Of a stretch of DNA of 64,000 bases, positions 39,592-53,440 are shown piece after piece (within the stretch, counting starts at the first letter, position 1; every line of letters starts with the position of its first letter). The notes below the pieces were generated by a model. It was not told where the DNA came from, ran no database searches, and saw only the letters and a program-made list of their open reading frames with translations. Location of the stretch: assembly GCF_036365525.1 (NCBI RefSeq), contig NC_090374.1:80434971-80498970 (forward strand). Direction: 5' to 3'. The translations under genes and the position numbers were made by a program. Source of the stretch: Heterodontus francisci. Its lineage: Eukaryota.

Positions 39592-42500
39592 AGAACATAG
39601 AACATAGAACAGTAGAGCACAGTACAGGCCCTTCGGCCCGCGATGTTGTGCCAAACCTTTAACCTACTCTAAGATCAAACTACCAACCTACCCTTCATTC
39701 TACTATCGTCCATGTACCTATCCAAGAGTCGCTTAAAGGTCCCTAATGTATCTGCCTCTACCACCACCGCTGGCAGTGCATTCCACGCACCCACCACTCT
39801 CTGTGTAAAGAACCTTCCTCTGACATCTCCCCAAAACCTTCCTCCAATCACCTTAAAATTATGCCCCCTGGTGATAGCCCTTTCCGCCCTGGGAAAAAGT
39901 CTCTGGCTATCCACTCTATCTATGCCTCTCATCATCTTGTACCCCTCTATCAAGTCACCTCTCATCCTTCTTCGCTCCAATGAGAAAAGCCCTCGCTCCC
40001 TCAATCTTTCCTCGTAAGACATGCCCTCCAGTCCAGGCAGCATCCTGGTAAATCTCCTCGGCACCCTCTCTAAAGCTTCCACATCCTTCCTATAATGAGA
40101 CGACCAGAACTGAACACAATATTCCAAGTGTGGTCTAACCAGGGCCTTATAGAGCTGCAGCATAACCTCGCAGCTCTTAAACTCAATCCCCCTGTTAATG
40201 AAAGCGAACACACCATACGCCTTCTTAACAACCCTATCAACTTGGGTGGCAACTTTGAGCGATCTATGGACATGGACCCCAAAATCCCTCTGTTCCTCCA
40301 CACTACCAAGAATCCTGTCTTTAAGCCTGTATTCTGCATTCAAATTCGACCTTCCAAAATGAATCACTTCACACTTTTCCAGGTTGAACTCCATCTGCCA
40401 CTTCTCAGTCCAGCTCTGCATTCTGTCAATGTCCCGTTGCAACCTACAACAGCCTTCCACACTATCCACAACTCCAGAAATCTTCATGTCATTGGCAAAC
40501 TTGCTAACCCAGCCTTCCACTTCCTCATCCAAGTCATTTATAAAAATCACAAAGAGCAGAGGTCCCAGAACAGATCCGTGCGGAACACCAATGGTCACCG
40601 AGCTCCATGCTGAATACTTTCCATCTACTACCACCCTCTGTCTTCTATGGGCCAGCCAATTCTGTATCTAGACAGCCAACGTTCCCTGTATCCCATGCCT
40701 CCTTACTTTCTGAATGAGCCTACCATGGGGAACCTTATCAAATGCCTTGCTAAAATCCATATACACCACATCCACTGCTCTTCCTTCATCAATGTGTTTT
40801 GTCACATTTTCAAAGAATTCAGTAAGGCTTGTGAGGCATGACCTGCCCCTCACAAAGCCATGCTGACTGTGTCTAATCAAACCATGCATTTCCAAATAAT
40901 CATAAATCCTGTCTCTCAGAATCCTATCCAATAATTTGCCCACTACCGACGTTAGACTGACTGGTCTATAATTCCCAGGGTTATCCCTATTCCCTTTCTT
41001 GAACAAGGGAATAACATTTGCCACCCTCCAATCATCTGGTACTACTCCAGTGGACAGTGAGGACGCAAAGATCATCGCCAAAGGCGCGGCAATCTCTTCC
41101 CCCACTTCCCGTAATATCCTTGGGTATATCCCGTTTGGCCCCGGGGACTTATCTGTCCTCATGTCTTTCAAAATTTCCAGCACATCCTCCCTCTTAACAT
41201 CAACCTGTTCGAGCATATCAGCCTGTTTCACGCTGTCCTCACAAACGACCAGGTCCCTGTCACTAGTGAATACTGAAGCAAAGTATTCATTTAGGACCTC
41301 CCCTACCTCCTCCGACTCCAGGCACAAGTTCCCTCCACTATCCCTGATCGGCCCTACCCTCACTCTGGCCATCCTCTTGTTCCTCACATAAGTGTAGAAC
41401 GCCTTGGGATTTTCCTTAATCCTACCCGCCAAGACTTTTTCATGTCCCCTTCTAGCTCTCCTAAGTCCATTCTTCAGTTCCTTCCTGGCTACCTTGTAAC
41501 CCTCCAGAGCCCTGTCTGATCCTTGCTTCCTCAACCTTAAGTAAGCTTCCTTCTTCCTCTTGACTAGCCGTTCCACATCTCTTGTCATCCAAGGTTCCTT
41601 CAACCTACCATCCCTTCCTTGCCTCATCGGGACAAACCTATCCAGCAGTCGCAGCAAGTGCTCCCTAAACAACCTCCACATTTCTGTCATGCATTTCCCT
41701 GAGAACATCTGTTCCCAATTTATGCTCCCCAGTTCCCGCCTAATATAATTGTAATTCCCCCTCCCCCAATTAAATATTTTCCCATCCCGTCTGCTCCTGT
41801 CCCTCTCCATGACTATAGTAAAGGTCAGGGAGTTGTGATCACTATCACCGAAATGCTCTCCCACCGAGAGATCTGCCACCTGGCCTGGTTCGTTGCCAAG
41901 CACCAAGTCCAACATAGCCTCCCCTCCAGTCGGCCTATCTACATATTGAGTCAGGAAACAATCCTGGACACACCTGACAAAAACTGCTCCATCCAAACTA
42001 TTTGCACAAAGGAGGTTCCAATCAATATTAGGGAAGTTGAAGTCACCCATGACAACAACCCTGTTACTTCTGCACCTTTCCAAAATCTGCCTCCCAATCT
42101 GTTCCTCCGTGTCTCTGTTGCTATTGGGGGGTCTATAGGAAACTCCCAACAAAGTGACAGCTCCTTTCCTGTTTCTGACTTCCACCCATAATGACTCAGT
42201 AGACAAACCCTCCTCGACAACCTCTCTTTCTGCAGCTGTGATACTATCCCTGATTAGCAATGCCACTCCCCCACCTCTTTTCCCTCCCTCCCTATTCCTT
42301 TTGAAACATCTAAACCCCGGAACATCCAACATCCATTCCTGCCCCTGTGATATCCACGTCTCTGTAATGGCCACAACGTCGTAGCTCCAAGTACTGATCC
42401 ATGCTCTAAGTTCATCACCCTTATTCCTGACACTTCTTGCGTTAAAATAGACACACTTCAACCCATCATACTGGCTGCAACTTTGTCGTGTCAATTGACT

Positions 42501-43063
42501 AACCTTCCTCACAGACTCTCTGCACTCGGTATCTGCCTGTTCAACAGCTACCCCATCCACTGATCCGTAGCTCCGGTTCCCATCCCCCTGCCAAACTAGT
42601 TTAAACCCTCCCGAAGAGCTCTAGCAAACCTCCCGCCCAGCATATTGGTGCCGCTCCAGTTCAGATGCAACCCGTCCCTCTTGTACAGGTCCCACCTTCC
42701 CCAGAAGGTCTCCCAATGATCCACATATCTGAAGCCCTCCCTCCTGCACCAGCTCTGTAGCCACGTGTTCAGCTGCACTCGCTCCCTGTTTTTAGCCTCA
42801 CTAGCACGTGGCACCGGTATCAATCCTGAGATTACTACTCTGCTCGTCCTGCCTTTTAGCTTCCAACCTCACTCCCTATATTCGCTTTTCAGGTCTTCAT
42901 CCCTTTTCCTAGCTTTGTCATTGGTACCGATGTGTACCACGACCTCTGGCTGCTGCCCCTCCCCCTTCAGAATCCTGTAGACTCGATCCGAGACATCCCT
43001 GACCCTGGCACTCGGGAGGTAACATACCATCCGGGAGTCTCGTTCGCGACCACAGAATCTCCT
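39592..43063 (-). mobile_element. Young CR1 LINE, 5'-truncated within ORF1
   Basis: ORF1 SGNH-esterase end (DGLHLNWSG, 42596-42823), full ORF2 region and (TTCTATG)n tail. Confidence 0.95.
39675..42560 (-). pseudogene. CR1 ORF2 (APE endonuclease plus RT), near-complete but inactivated
   Basis: The 630-aa and 319-aa ORFs are in frame, separated by a single TAG at 40668-40670 where W is expected. Catalytic FADD is changed to FAND. Confidence 0.9.
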
Positions 43064-44496
43064 ATTGAAATAATGGCAAGGACAAGTTGGTTAAGTATTC
43101 AGATAAACCATAGTCACAAACTCAGGCTGTAATTAACAGTCTAACACAGATACTTCCCATATTAGAGACTAGACGGCAGAGCACACAACTCTTTCTTTTG
43201 CAGCTTTTCGTCTTCAGCTTTCCCTTGCCGGTCTCTCTCTTGTCTCTTGTTGTTTTCTGCTGCACAGTAGCAAAGACGAGACTCCTTTTATCCTGGCAGC
43301 TTTCCAGTTAACCTTCCCCTCTCCCAATCAGTATTGTATTAAAGGATGCTTTTCTTAAACAACCAAGGATCATTTTGTGATGGTTTCTAACCTTTCAGAT
43401 TTGCACAAGTAGTTTTCCTTTGTGTTGATTACTTTATCTCAATGCTTTTATATTTCAGGGATGCCTTTCTCATACGAGACAAAGCTACACAGAAGCCGTT
43501 TTCACTGTCTGCTCTCAAGGTCTCACCCTTTTGCTGCAAGTAACTATTTTAAAACTTGACATAATCTCCCAGAATCCCCTGCCTTGACATCATGTCTATA
43601 CAGAGCCTTATTTCCTAAGTTTTTCCACTTTACTGTACTACAAAAAAGGGTTCTAATAAAGCTAAATGATAGTTTCTAATAATAACTTAGTTGTTAGTTT
43701 ATAATAGCTAGATTTTAACAATAAGTATTCTGGTTAGTAGCTTTTAGTGACCTTACTCAAAATTAGAGCACATGGGATTAGAGGTAATGTACTGCAATGG
43801 GTTGATAATTGGTTAACAGACAGAAAGCAAATAGTAGGAATAAATGGATCATTCTCAGGATGGCAGGCTGTTACTCATTGGGTATCGCAAGGATCATTGC
43901 TTGGGTCACAGCTGCTTACAATTTATATAAATGACTTGGATATGGGGACCATTTGTAATATTTCCAAATTTTCAGATGACACAAAACTAGGAGGGATTGT
44001 AAGTTGTGAGGAGAATGCAAGGAGGCTTCAAGGGGATTTGGACTGGCTAAGTGAATGGGCAAGAACATGGCAGATGGAATATAATGTGAATAAGTGTGAA
44101 GTGATCCACTTTGATATAAAAAGCAAAAAGGCAGAGTATTTCTTAAATGGTGAGAGGTTGGGAAAAGGACCTGGGTGTCCTTGTTCATGAGTCACTAAAA
44201 ACTAGTATGCAGCTGCAGCAAGCAATTAAGAAGGCAAACAGTATGTTGGCTTTCATTGCAAGCGGATTTGAATACAGCAGTAAAGATGTATTGCTTCAAC
44301 TGTATAAAGCATTGGTGAGACCACACGTGGAGTATTCTGTACAGTTTTGGTCTCCTTATCTAAGGAAGGATATACTTGCCATGGAGGGAGTGCAATGGAG
44401 GTTCACCAGACTAATCCCTGGGATGGTGGGATTATCTCATGAGGAGAGATAACAGAAAGTGGGCCTGTATTCTCTAGAGTTTCGACAAATGAGAGG

Positions 44497-47400
44497 TCCC
44501 CTCTCATTCTTCTAAACTCTAGCGAATACAAACCTAATCGACCCAATCTCTCTTCATATGTCAGTCCTACCATCCCAGGAATCAGTCTGGTGAACCTTTG
44601 CTGCACTCCCTCCATAGCAAGAACATCCTTCCTCAGATAAGGAGACCAAAATTGCACACAATGCTCCAGATGTGGTCTCACCAAGGCCTTGTATAATTGC
44701 AGCAAAGCATCCTTGCTCCTGTACTCGAATCCTCTTGCTATGAAGGCCAACGTACCATTTGCCTTCTTGACTGCCTGCTGCACCTGCACGCTTACTTTCA
44801 GCGACTGGTGCACAAGGACACCCAGGTCTCGCTGCACCTCCCCCTCTCTCAATCGATCACCGCCATTCAGATAATAATCTGCCTTTCTGTTTTTGCCACC
44901 AAAGTGGATAACCTCACATTTATCCACATTATACTGCACCTGCCATGTATTTGCCCACTCACTCAACCTGTCTAAATCACACTGGAGCTTCTCTGCAGCC
45001 TCCTCACAGCTCATATTCCAACCCAGCTTTGTGTCATCTGCAAACTTTAATATTAAATATTACATTTAATTCCCTCATCTATATATATTTTGAATAGCTG
45101 GGGTCCGAGCACTGATCCCTGCATTACCCCACTAGTCACTGCCTGCCACCTGGAAAAAGACCTGTTTATTCCTATTCTTTGTTTCCTGTCTGCCAACCAG
45201 TTCTCTATCCATGTCAGTACCTTACCCCCAATCCCATGTGCTTTAATGTTGCACGCTAATCTCTTATGTGGGACCTTATCAAAAGCCTTCTGAAAGTCCA
45301 AATACACCACATCCACTGCTTCTCCCTGATCTATTCTACTTGTTACATCCTCAAAAAATTCCAGTAGATTTGTCAAGCATGATTTCCCTTTCGTAAATCC
45401 ATGTTGACTTTGTCCGATCCTGTCATTATTTTCCAAGTGTTCTGCTATTACATCTTTTATAATGGACTCCAGCATTTTCCCCACAACTGATGTCAGGCTA
45501 ACCAGTCTATAATTCCCTGTTTTCTCTCTACCTCCTTTTTTAAATTGTGGGGTTACATTAGCTACTCTCCAATCTGTTGGAACTGTTCCAGAGTCTATAG
45601 AATTTTGAAAAATGACCAGCAATGCATCTATTATTTCTAGGGCCACTTCCTTAAGTACTCCATGATGTAGATGATCAGGCCTGGGGGCTTAATCGGTCTT
45701 CAATCCCACCAATTTTCCTAACACCATTTCCCTACTAATACTGATTTCATACAGTTCCTCCTTCTCACTAGACCCTATGTTACCCAACATCTCTGGGAGG
45801 TAATTTGGGTCCTCCTTTATGAAAACAGAATCAAAGTATGTATTTAATTGGTCTGCCATTTCTTTGTTCCCCATTATAAATTCCCCCATTTCTGACTGTA
45901 AGGGATCCACATTTGTCTTCACTAATCTTTTTCTCTTCACATATCTATAGAAGCTTTTACAGTCAGCTTTTATGTTCTCTGAAAGCTTACTCTATTTTCC
46001 CATTCTTAATCAATCCCTTTGTCCTCCTTTGCTGAATTCTAAACTGCTCCCAATCGTCAGGTTTGCTGCTTGTTCTGGCCATTTTATATTTCTCCTCCTT
46101 GGATCTAATACTATCCCTAATTTCTTTTCTAAGCCACGGTTGAGCCACCCTTCCTGTTTAATTTTTGCACCTGACAGGAATGAACAATTGTTGTAATTCA
46201 TCCATGCACTCTTTAAATGCTAGCCATTGCCTATCCACTGTCAACCCTTTAAGTAACGTTCCTCAATCTATCATAGCCAACACGTGACTCATACCTTCAT
46301 AGTTTCCTTTATTTAGATTCAGGACCCTAGTCTTGGAATCAACTCTCTCACTCTCCATCTAAATGAAGAATTCTATCATGTTATGGTCGCTCTTCCCCAA
46401 CAAGATTGTTAACTAATTCTTTCTCATTTCACAATACCCAGTCTAGGATGGCCTGATTTCTAGTTGGTTCCTCAACATATTGGTCCAAAAAACCATCACG
46501 TACGCACTCCAGGAATTCCTCCTCTACAGTATTATTGCTAATTTGGTTTGCCCAATCTATATGTAGATTAGAGACACCCATAATTGCAGTTTTACCCTTA
46601 TTGCATGCGCCTCTAATTTCCTGTTTAATCCCATCCTCTACATCACCATTGCTGTTTGGGGGTCATATACAACCCCCACCAACATTTGATGCCCCTTGTT
46701 GTTTCTTAGCTCCACCCATACAGATTCCACATCAGAATTCTCTGAGCTAATATCCTTCCTCATTATTGTATTGATTTCCTCTTTTACTAGCAATGCTACT
46801 CCACCTCCTTTCCCTTTTAGTCTGTCCTTCCTAAATATTGAATACCCTTGGATGTTCAGTTCCCATCCCTGCAGCCATGTCTCCGTAATCACAACTATAT
46901 TGTATCCATTTACATCTATTTGTGCGGTTAATTCGCCTACCTTATTGCAAATACTCCGCGCATTGAGACACAATGCTTTTAGGCTTGTCTTTTTGACATT
47001 TTAGTCAGCTTAGCATTATTTCGCACTATGGCTCTATTTGTTTCTTGCCCTTGATTTCTATGCCTTCCACTTTTGCCGTTTTGTTTCCTGTCTTTCGTTT
47101 CTATCCTTGTTTCCTCGTCCTCAGTCTCCCCGCTCAGGTTCCCACCCCCTTCCATTCTAGTTTAAATCCTCCCCAACAGGACTAGCAAATGCTCCCACCA
47201 GGACATCGGTTCCGGCCCTGCCTGGGTGTAACCCATCCCACTTGTACAGGTCCCACCTTCCCTAGAACCGGTCCCAATGTCCCAGGAATCTAAATTTCTC
47301 CCTCCTTCATGATTTCTCCAGCCCCGCATTCATCTGGTTTATTCTCCGGTTCCTATACTCACTAACACATGGCACAGGAAGTAATCCTGAGATTACAACC

Positions 47401-48910
47401 TTTCAGGTCCTGCTTTTTAATTTAGCTCCTAACTCCTTAAATTCATCTTGCAGGACCTCATCCATTTTTCTACCTATGTCGTTAGTACTGACATGTACCA
47501 CGACCACTGACTGTTCACCCTCCTCCTTCAGAATGTCCTGCAGCTGCTCCGTGACATCCTTGACCTTAGCACCAGGGAGGCAACATACCATCCTGGGGTC
47601 TCATTTTTGGCCACAGAAATGCCTGTCTGCTCCCCTTACAATTGAATCTCCTATCATTATGGCTCTTCCTGTCTTGCCATCCGTGGTGCCACAAACTTGG
47701 CTGTTGCTGCTTTCCCCTGGGAGGCCATTCCCCCCAACAGTATTAAAAGTGATATATTGTTTGAGAGGGGGATGGCCACAGGGGACACCTGCACGACCTG
47801 CCTGCGCCTACTAATACGTCTGGTGGTCACCCATCCCTTTTCTGCCTGTGCAGCCATTACCTGCGGTGTGACCACCTCGCTAAACGTGCTATCCACAATG
47901 TCCTCAGCATCGCGGATGCTCCACAGTGAATCCACCCGCAGCTCCAGCTCCATAATGCGGGTAGCCAGTAGCTGCCGATGGATACAATTCCTGCACACAT
48001 GGTCGTCAGGGACACTGGAGGCATCCCTGATTTCCCACATAGCGCAGGAGGAGCATATCACGGGGCTGAGCTCTCCTGCCATGACTTACCTTTAGATTAA
48101 TTAGTTACTCCCTATAAAAAATATTAATTACAGTAGGGAACTTGTTCTACTCCAAACACTACCCACTACAATCTAAAGTTCTTGATAAATTACACTAATT
48201 TAAAAAAAACACAATTCAGTCGTACTCACCTTATCACTTATACGGTAGGTTTTGAGGTTGTTTAAAAAAAACTTTCCCTGATTTTTATTAAGCTATTTAA
48301 ATGCACTAACAGCTGTTACTTACCCAACCAATCACCTTGCAGATTTCCCATGATGTCACTGTAAGTTTTTCCCCCCCTCTTTCATATCTCAGCGCGCACC
48401 GGCACAGAGAGAGACAGAGCCAGCTGCCGCTCCGGTCTCCAGGTAAGTCAAGGCCTCGAGCCCCGCTCTTTCCCTTTCAGGTCCCGCTCTGGATCAGCCT
48501 CCTCCCAGGTCCACCTGCCGCCTTTCCGGTCTCCAGGTAAGTCAGGGCCTCGAGCCCCGCTTTTTCCTTTTCAGGTCCCGCTCCAGATCAGCCTCCTCCC
48601 AGGTCCGCCAGCCGTTGTTCCGGTCTCCAGGTAAATAAGGGCCTCAAGCCCCATACTTTCCTTTTCAGGTCCCGCTCCAGATCAGCCTCCTCCCAGGTCC
48701 GCCAGCCGTTGTTCCGGTCTCCAGGTAAGTAAGGGCCTCAAGCCCCACTCTTTCCTTTTCAGGTCCCGCTCCAGATCAGTCTCCTCCCAGGTCCGCCAGC
48801 CGCCACTCCGGTCTCCAGGTAAGGGCCTCGAGCCCCACTCTTTCCTTTTCAGGTCTCGCTCTGGATCAGCTTCCTCCCAGGTCCGCCTGCCACCGCTCTG
48901 GTCTCCAGGT
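44497..48910 (-). mobile_element. Near full-length CR1 LINE (5' UTR, ORF1 Zn-finger plus esterase, ORF2), lacking its 3' end
   Basis: ORF1 MAGELSPVICSSCAMWE..CRNC (47657-48082), CLPGAK..VVVHVSTNDIG (47403-47591). ORF2 CLNARSI..ITETWL through HLEHCVQFWSP, frameshifted. Confidence 0.92.
48425..48910. repeat. Five ~90-95-bp tandem units in the CR1 5' UTR
   Basis: Repeated CCGGTCTCCAGGTAAGT..GGGCCTCGAGCCCC..CTTTCCTTTTCAGGTCCCGCTC..GATCAGCCTCCTCCCAGGTCC. Confidence 0.9.
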
Positions 48911-49860
48911 ACTAATGACATCAAGGGATATGGGGATTGTGGGGAAAAATGGCATAGAGGTAGATGATCAGCCATGATCTGTTTGAATGGCAGAGCAGGC
49001 TCAATGAGCCGAATGGCCTACTCCTGCTCCTATTTCCTATGATTCCCAATGCACGATTGCCTCCAGCTCCCCTGTTTTACAGTGTAAACTATGTGTATTG
49101 CTGTACAGACAATTTGACTCATTTTTAATTGGATTTCCTTTCATTTTATGCTTAACCATCTTTTTAGATTCTATAATGTTATTGAGTCATTTGCCATCAA
49201 CGTACTCCCTTACTTTATTCATTCCTATGCTCTCTTTTCCTGCTTTGTTTACATTTAGGTGCATACATTCCTGTAGACCCCTCCCCCAATCTTAATAGTT
49301 TAAAGCATTTGCCAGCTCCCGATTTACCCTTTCCGCTGGGACATGAGTCTCATCCCCATTCAGTTGGAGCCCATTCCATTGGGACATCACCTTCCTGCCC
49401 CAGAGCTGTGTTGTAAGATGACCTTAAGAACGGATCATCTAAGGAGCTGTAAGTGAAGGTCACTGGAGGAATTGATGTCACATCACTATGACCAGAGAGT
49501 TGGGGGTGTCGCCCGACAGAGTGAGATGTGTTTAGATGTGGCTCGTGCAGTAACTATATATATGTTATAGTTAAATTATAATAAAAACCCACGTTTCCTT
49601 TGGATATTACTTGTAGTCCTGTGAGTCTTACAATCATTCACATATCAAACAAATAAATAATATTACATGGTGGCAATATTTCATTTTTTTCTGAAGAACA
49701 CACTAAGAGAGAACAAGGAACAGCTAATTGCTTACCTGGAGTGGCTGAAGATCCTGGAGAGCAGATAGCAGGAGACCTCACAACAGTGCAGCGCACCAGG
49801 ACCATAGACAGCACCCTGGGAGGTGATGAAACTCTGTGAGTACAGCAGGCAATTTGCCAG

Positions 49861-50212
49861 GAGCACAGTGGCGCAGTGGTTAGCACTGCAGCCTCACAGC
49901 TCCAGCGACCCGGGTTCAATTCTGGGTACTGCCTGTGTGGAGTTTGCAAGTTCTCCCTGTGTCTGCGTGGGTTTCCTCCGGGTGCTCCGGTTTCCTCCCA
50001 CAAGCCAAACGACTTGCAGGTTGGTAGGTAAATTGGCCATTATAAATTGCCCCTAGTATAGGTAGGTGGTAGGGAAATATAGGGACAGGTGGGGATGTGG
50101 TAGTAATATGGGATTAGTGTAGGATTAGTATAAATGGGTGGTTGATGGTCGGCACAGACTCGGTGGGCCGAAGGGCCTGTTTCAGTGCTGTATCTCTAAA
50201 CTAAACTAAACT
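49861..50212 (+). mobile_element. HE1-type elasmobranch SINE
   Basis: A box TGGCGCAGTGG, B box GGTTCAATTC, CR1-like tail GGGCCGAAGGGCCTGTTTC, (CTAAA)n. Approximate TSD AATTTGCCAG/AATCTGACAG. Confidence 0.92.
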
Positions 50213-50698
50213 AATCTGACAGTGGATCGAACAATTTGAAGGGCCATAGCTGAAGCCATTACTGTTTTAGTTTTCCCATTTTTTTTACATTGTGGGTGGG
50301 GCCTAACCCAAAAAAAGAGGAAAGAACCCAAAAGTGACACTGGAGGTTCAGCACAAAGCAAAAAGCTGGCTGTGGCAGCAGCCGGTACTGCAAACTGCAG
50401 GCCTCTAAAAAAAAACTCAGTTTAAAAAAAGCAGCTCACAGTTAAAAAAAAAACAAGCTGTGCAAACAAAGAGCTTCTCCCTCTGTTTAAAAAACTGCTG
50501 TTTAAATAAAGAATTGCTCTATCTGTTTAAAAAAAATGATGTGGTCTCACTCTTAAAGGGGCAGATCTACAGAAAACAGAAATATGCCTGTGAAAAAGAA
50601 AACCTGTAAAAAGCCGTATATTTATATATTAAAAAACAGGCTCTTTAAGACAATGACTTTCAGATAGCCATTATAGATCAGAAGATGTCAGACATAGT

Positions 50699-51513
50699 GG
50701 GCTGGATATTAGGAAATGGCGGCCCGCACATAAGCCAAAGTGATCTCACGTGCGGCGGCTCATTTAAATAGCTGGGGCGACCCGTCCCCCTCAAACATGT
50801 GGAGGGGGTGGGCTGTCTGTCCCTGGCAATGGTGTCAGCTGCCTCTGCACAGACACTGGCGCCATTTTAAAAGGGCGGCTGTCCCTGCCGGTCAATTTGA
50901 ATTTTTAAAGAAACACTCCCCACAAAATTTAATAAATACATTTCAAACACCCTTTTCCCACCCTCCAAGAACAATTACCTTAACTATTTGCCCTTCCCCC
51001 CACAAAACACTTACCTTTCAAATCTGACCTTCCCCCGCACAAGACTGCAAAAGTTTGAAGTTCACCCCTTCCCACCATTTCCCTACATCCTTGACGTTTA
51101 TTTGACCCCCATCCCCACCAAACACCCCCGCACTGAAAATCTTCACTCCTCTCCCCTCCCCACCAGTGTCACTCTGCCTTTCCCTGGACGGATAACTGAA
51201 GACGCGGGAGTGCCAGCCGCCGTGCTGAAGATCATAGCGGGCCCACAAGATTGCAGTTAAGTCCATTAAAATTTATGTATGTCATTAATTTAAATATGGA
51301 AATCCAGGCCCAATCGCCCAGTGGCTGGGGTTGGTTGGGGGTGGGGGGGGGGGGTGGGTAGGCGGCGCCATGGAGCCTGGCTGCCACCAGGAAGATCGGG
51401 CTGGGTCCTCTCAATGTCTGGCTCTGTGGCGGACTGTGGCCAGCTCCAATGTTTGCCCTCCCCTCACCCCCCTCCAAATAGCCTGGCATCGAGCCCTTGG
51501 TAAAATCCAGACC
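50699..51513. mobile_element. Harbinger-type MITE
   Basis: TIRs GGGCTGGATATTA and TAAAATCCAGACC. TSD AGT. Confidence 0.82.
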
Positions 51514-51690
51514 AGTGTCTGAATTTAAACTGTTTCAACAGCAAATGGAAATGTGTTTCCTGGATCAAGCAGTGGGCTAGCCAGAGAAACAAGCTATCAA
51601 GATTAAGAACACACTGGGCAATGAGGACCTGCAATGGATCAATACATCAGGATTGTCAGCTGAGGATCAGAAGGACGCTCGAAAGCTATG

Positions 51691-52912
51691 GACAAATTTG
51701 ATTGAATTTTTAGAGGAGGTGACTAGCTGTGTAGATGAAGGTAAAGCAGTTAATGGACTTCAGTAAGGCTTTTGATAAGGTCCTGCATGGGAGATTGGTC
51801 GAGAAGGTAAGAGCCCGTGGCATCCAGGGCAATTGGGCAAATTGGATCCAAAATTGGCTTAGTGGCAGGAGGTAGAGGGTGATGGTCAAGGGTTGTTTTT
51901 GCGATTGGAAGCCTGTGACCAGTGGTGTACCGCAGGGATCGGTGCTGGGACCCTTGCTGTTTGTAGTGTACATTAATGATTTAGACATGAATATAGGAGG
52001 TAGGATCAGTACGTTCGCAGATGACACAAAAATTGGTGGTGTTGTAAATAGTGAGGAGGAAAGCCTTAGATTACAGGATGATATAGATAAGCTGGATAAG
52101 ATGGGCGGAGCAGTGACAACTGGAATTTAATTCTGAGAAGTGTGAGGTGATACATTTTGGGAGGCCGAACAAGGCAAGGGAATATACAATGGATGGTAGA
52201 ACCCTAGAAAGTACAGAGGGTCAGAGGGACCTTGGTGTACTTGTCCATAGATCGCTGAAGGCAGCAGCACAGGTGGTTAGGAAGGATACTTGCCCTTATT
52301 AGCCGAGGCATAGAATATAAAAGCAGGGAGGTTATGATGGAGTTGTATAAAACACTAGTTAGGCCACAGCTGGAGTACTGTGTACAGTTCTGGTCACCAC
52401 ACTATAGGAAGGATGTGATTGCACTGGAGACGGTGCAGAGGTGATTCACCAGGATGTTGCCTGGGCTGGTGCATTTCAGCTATGTGGAGAGACTGGATAG
52501 GCTAGGGTTGTTTTCCTTGGAGCAGAGAAGGCTGAGGGGGGACCTGATTGAGGTACACAAAATTATGAAGGGCATAGATAGGGTAGATAGGAAGAAACCT
52601 ATTCCCTTAGCAGAGGGGTCAATAACCAGAGAGCATAGATTTAAGGTAAGGGGCAGCAGGCTTAGAGGAGATTTGAGGAAACATTTTTTCACCCAGAGGG
52701 TGGTTGGAATCTGGAACACACTTGCTTGAAAGGGTGGTAGAGGCGGGAACCCTCACAACATTTAAGAAGTATTTAGATAAGCGCCATAGAACACAAGGCC
52801 AGGGCCCAAGTACTGGAAAATAGGATTAGAATAGATAGATGCTTGATGGCCAGCATGGACATGATGGGCCGAAGGGCCTGTTTCTGCGCTGTATAACTGT
52901 ATAACTCTATGA
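51691..52912 (+). mobile_element. 5'-truncated CR1 LINE
   Basis: [32 protein letters not shown] and a CR1 tail. Short TSD GACA. Confidence 0.9.
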
Positions 52913-53440
52913 CATTCCTGGAGCAGCAACTGAAGGTAAAATTAAATTTCCGACTACATAGGCTTGAGCTTATGACCTACTGGCAAAGGCAAGATAACTC
53001 TATTGAGCGGTTTGTTTAAAGGTGCCAAGACAAAGCTCAATATTGTGACTTCACAGATATAGACTTGCCAGAACAGGTTATAGGGCTAGTAATCATGCCT
53101 ACGCCACTAGAGACCTTTCAAAAAGACCTGATAGAAAAGAAGGAAGGGCACACCATAGATGCATTACTTAATGATGGAAGGAAATTTGAAGCCATCATGA
53201 CTGTGCATCAACAGTTACAAGCATTAGGGGAGGCTACAACAATTGGTATGGTAACCAAGGCTCAGAAGTCTGTTAAGCCTTGTAGCAAATATGGCCTGAC
53301 TCACCAATTCGCAGTTTTCTGGCATACCAGAATCTGTGCAAAGCTTGTGACATTGGTCAAGGCAGTGCAGAAGGCCGAGCTCAGATCCTGCACACAGGAA
53401 TGGTGGCAGATCACATGAAAAGAGAACATCTGCAAGACAG

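Larger units (their letters stand above)
39502..43757. mobile_element. Solo LTR hosting a young CR1
   Basis: TGTAAG...CTTACT ends with 4-bp TSD CAAA at 39498-39501 and 43758-43761. Confidence 0.78.
38035..44496 (+). mobile_element. CR1 LINE (segments ~38035-38790, 39132-39501, 43758-44496; 3' tail at ~48910-49050), multiply interrupted
   Basis: ORF2 motifs are collinear across the insertions: [16 protein letters not shown] joins IRAHGIRG, then FSDDTK and HVEYSVQFWSP. Confidence 0.88.

Noticed and set aside
48425-48910. CRISPR-like repeat-spacer array
   Set aside because: The whole unit repeats with no variable spacers, and it sits at the 5' end of a CR1.
49861-49935. tRNA gene (also at 39060-39131 and 61570-61641)
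   Set aside because: These are tRNA-derived SINE heads followed by SINE body and tail.
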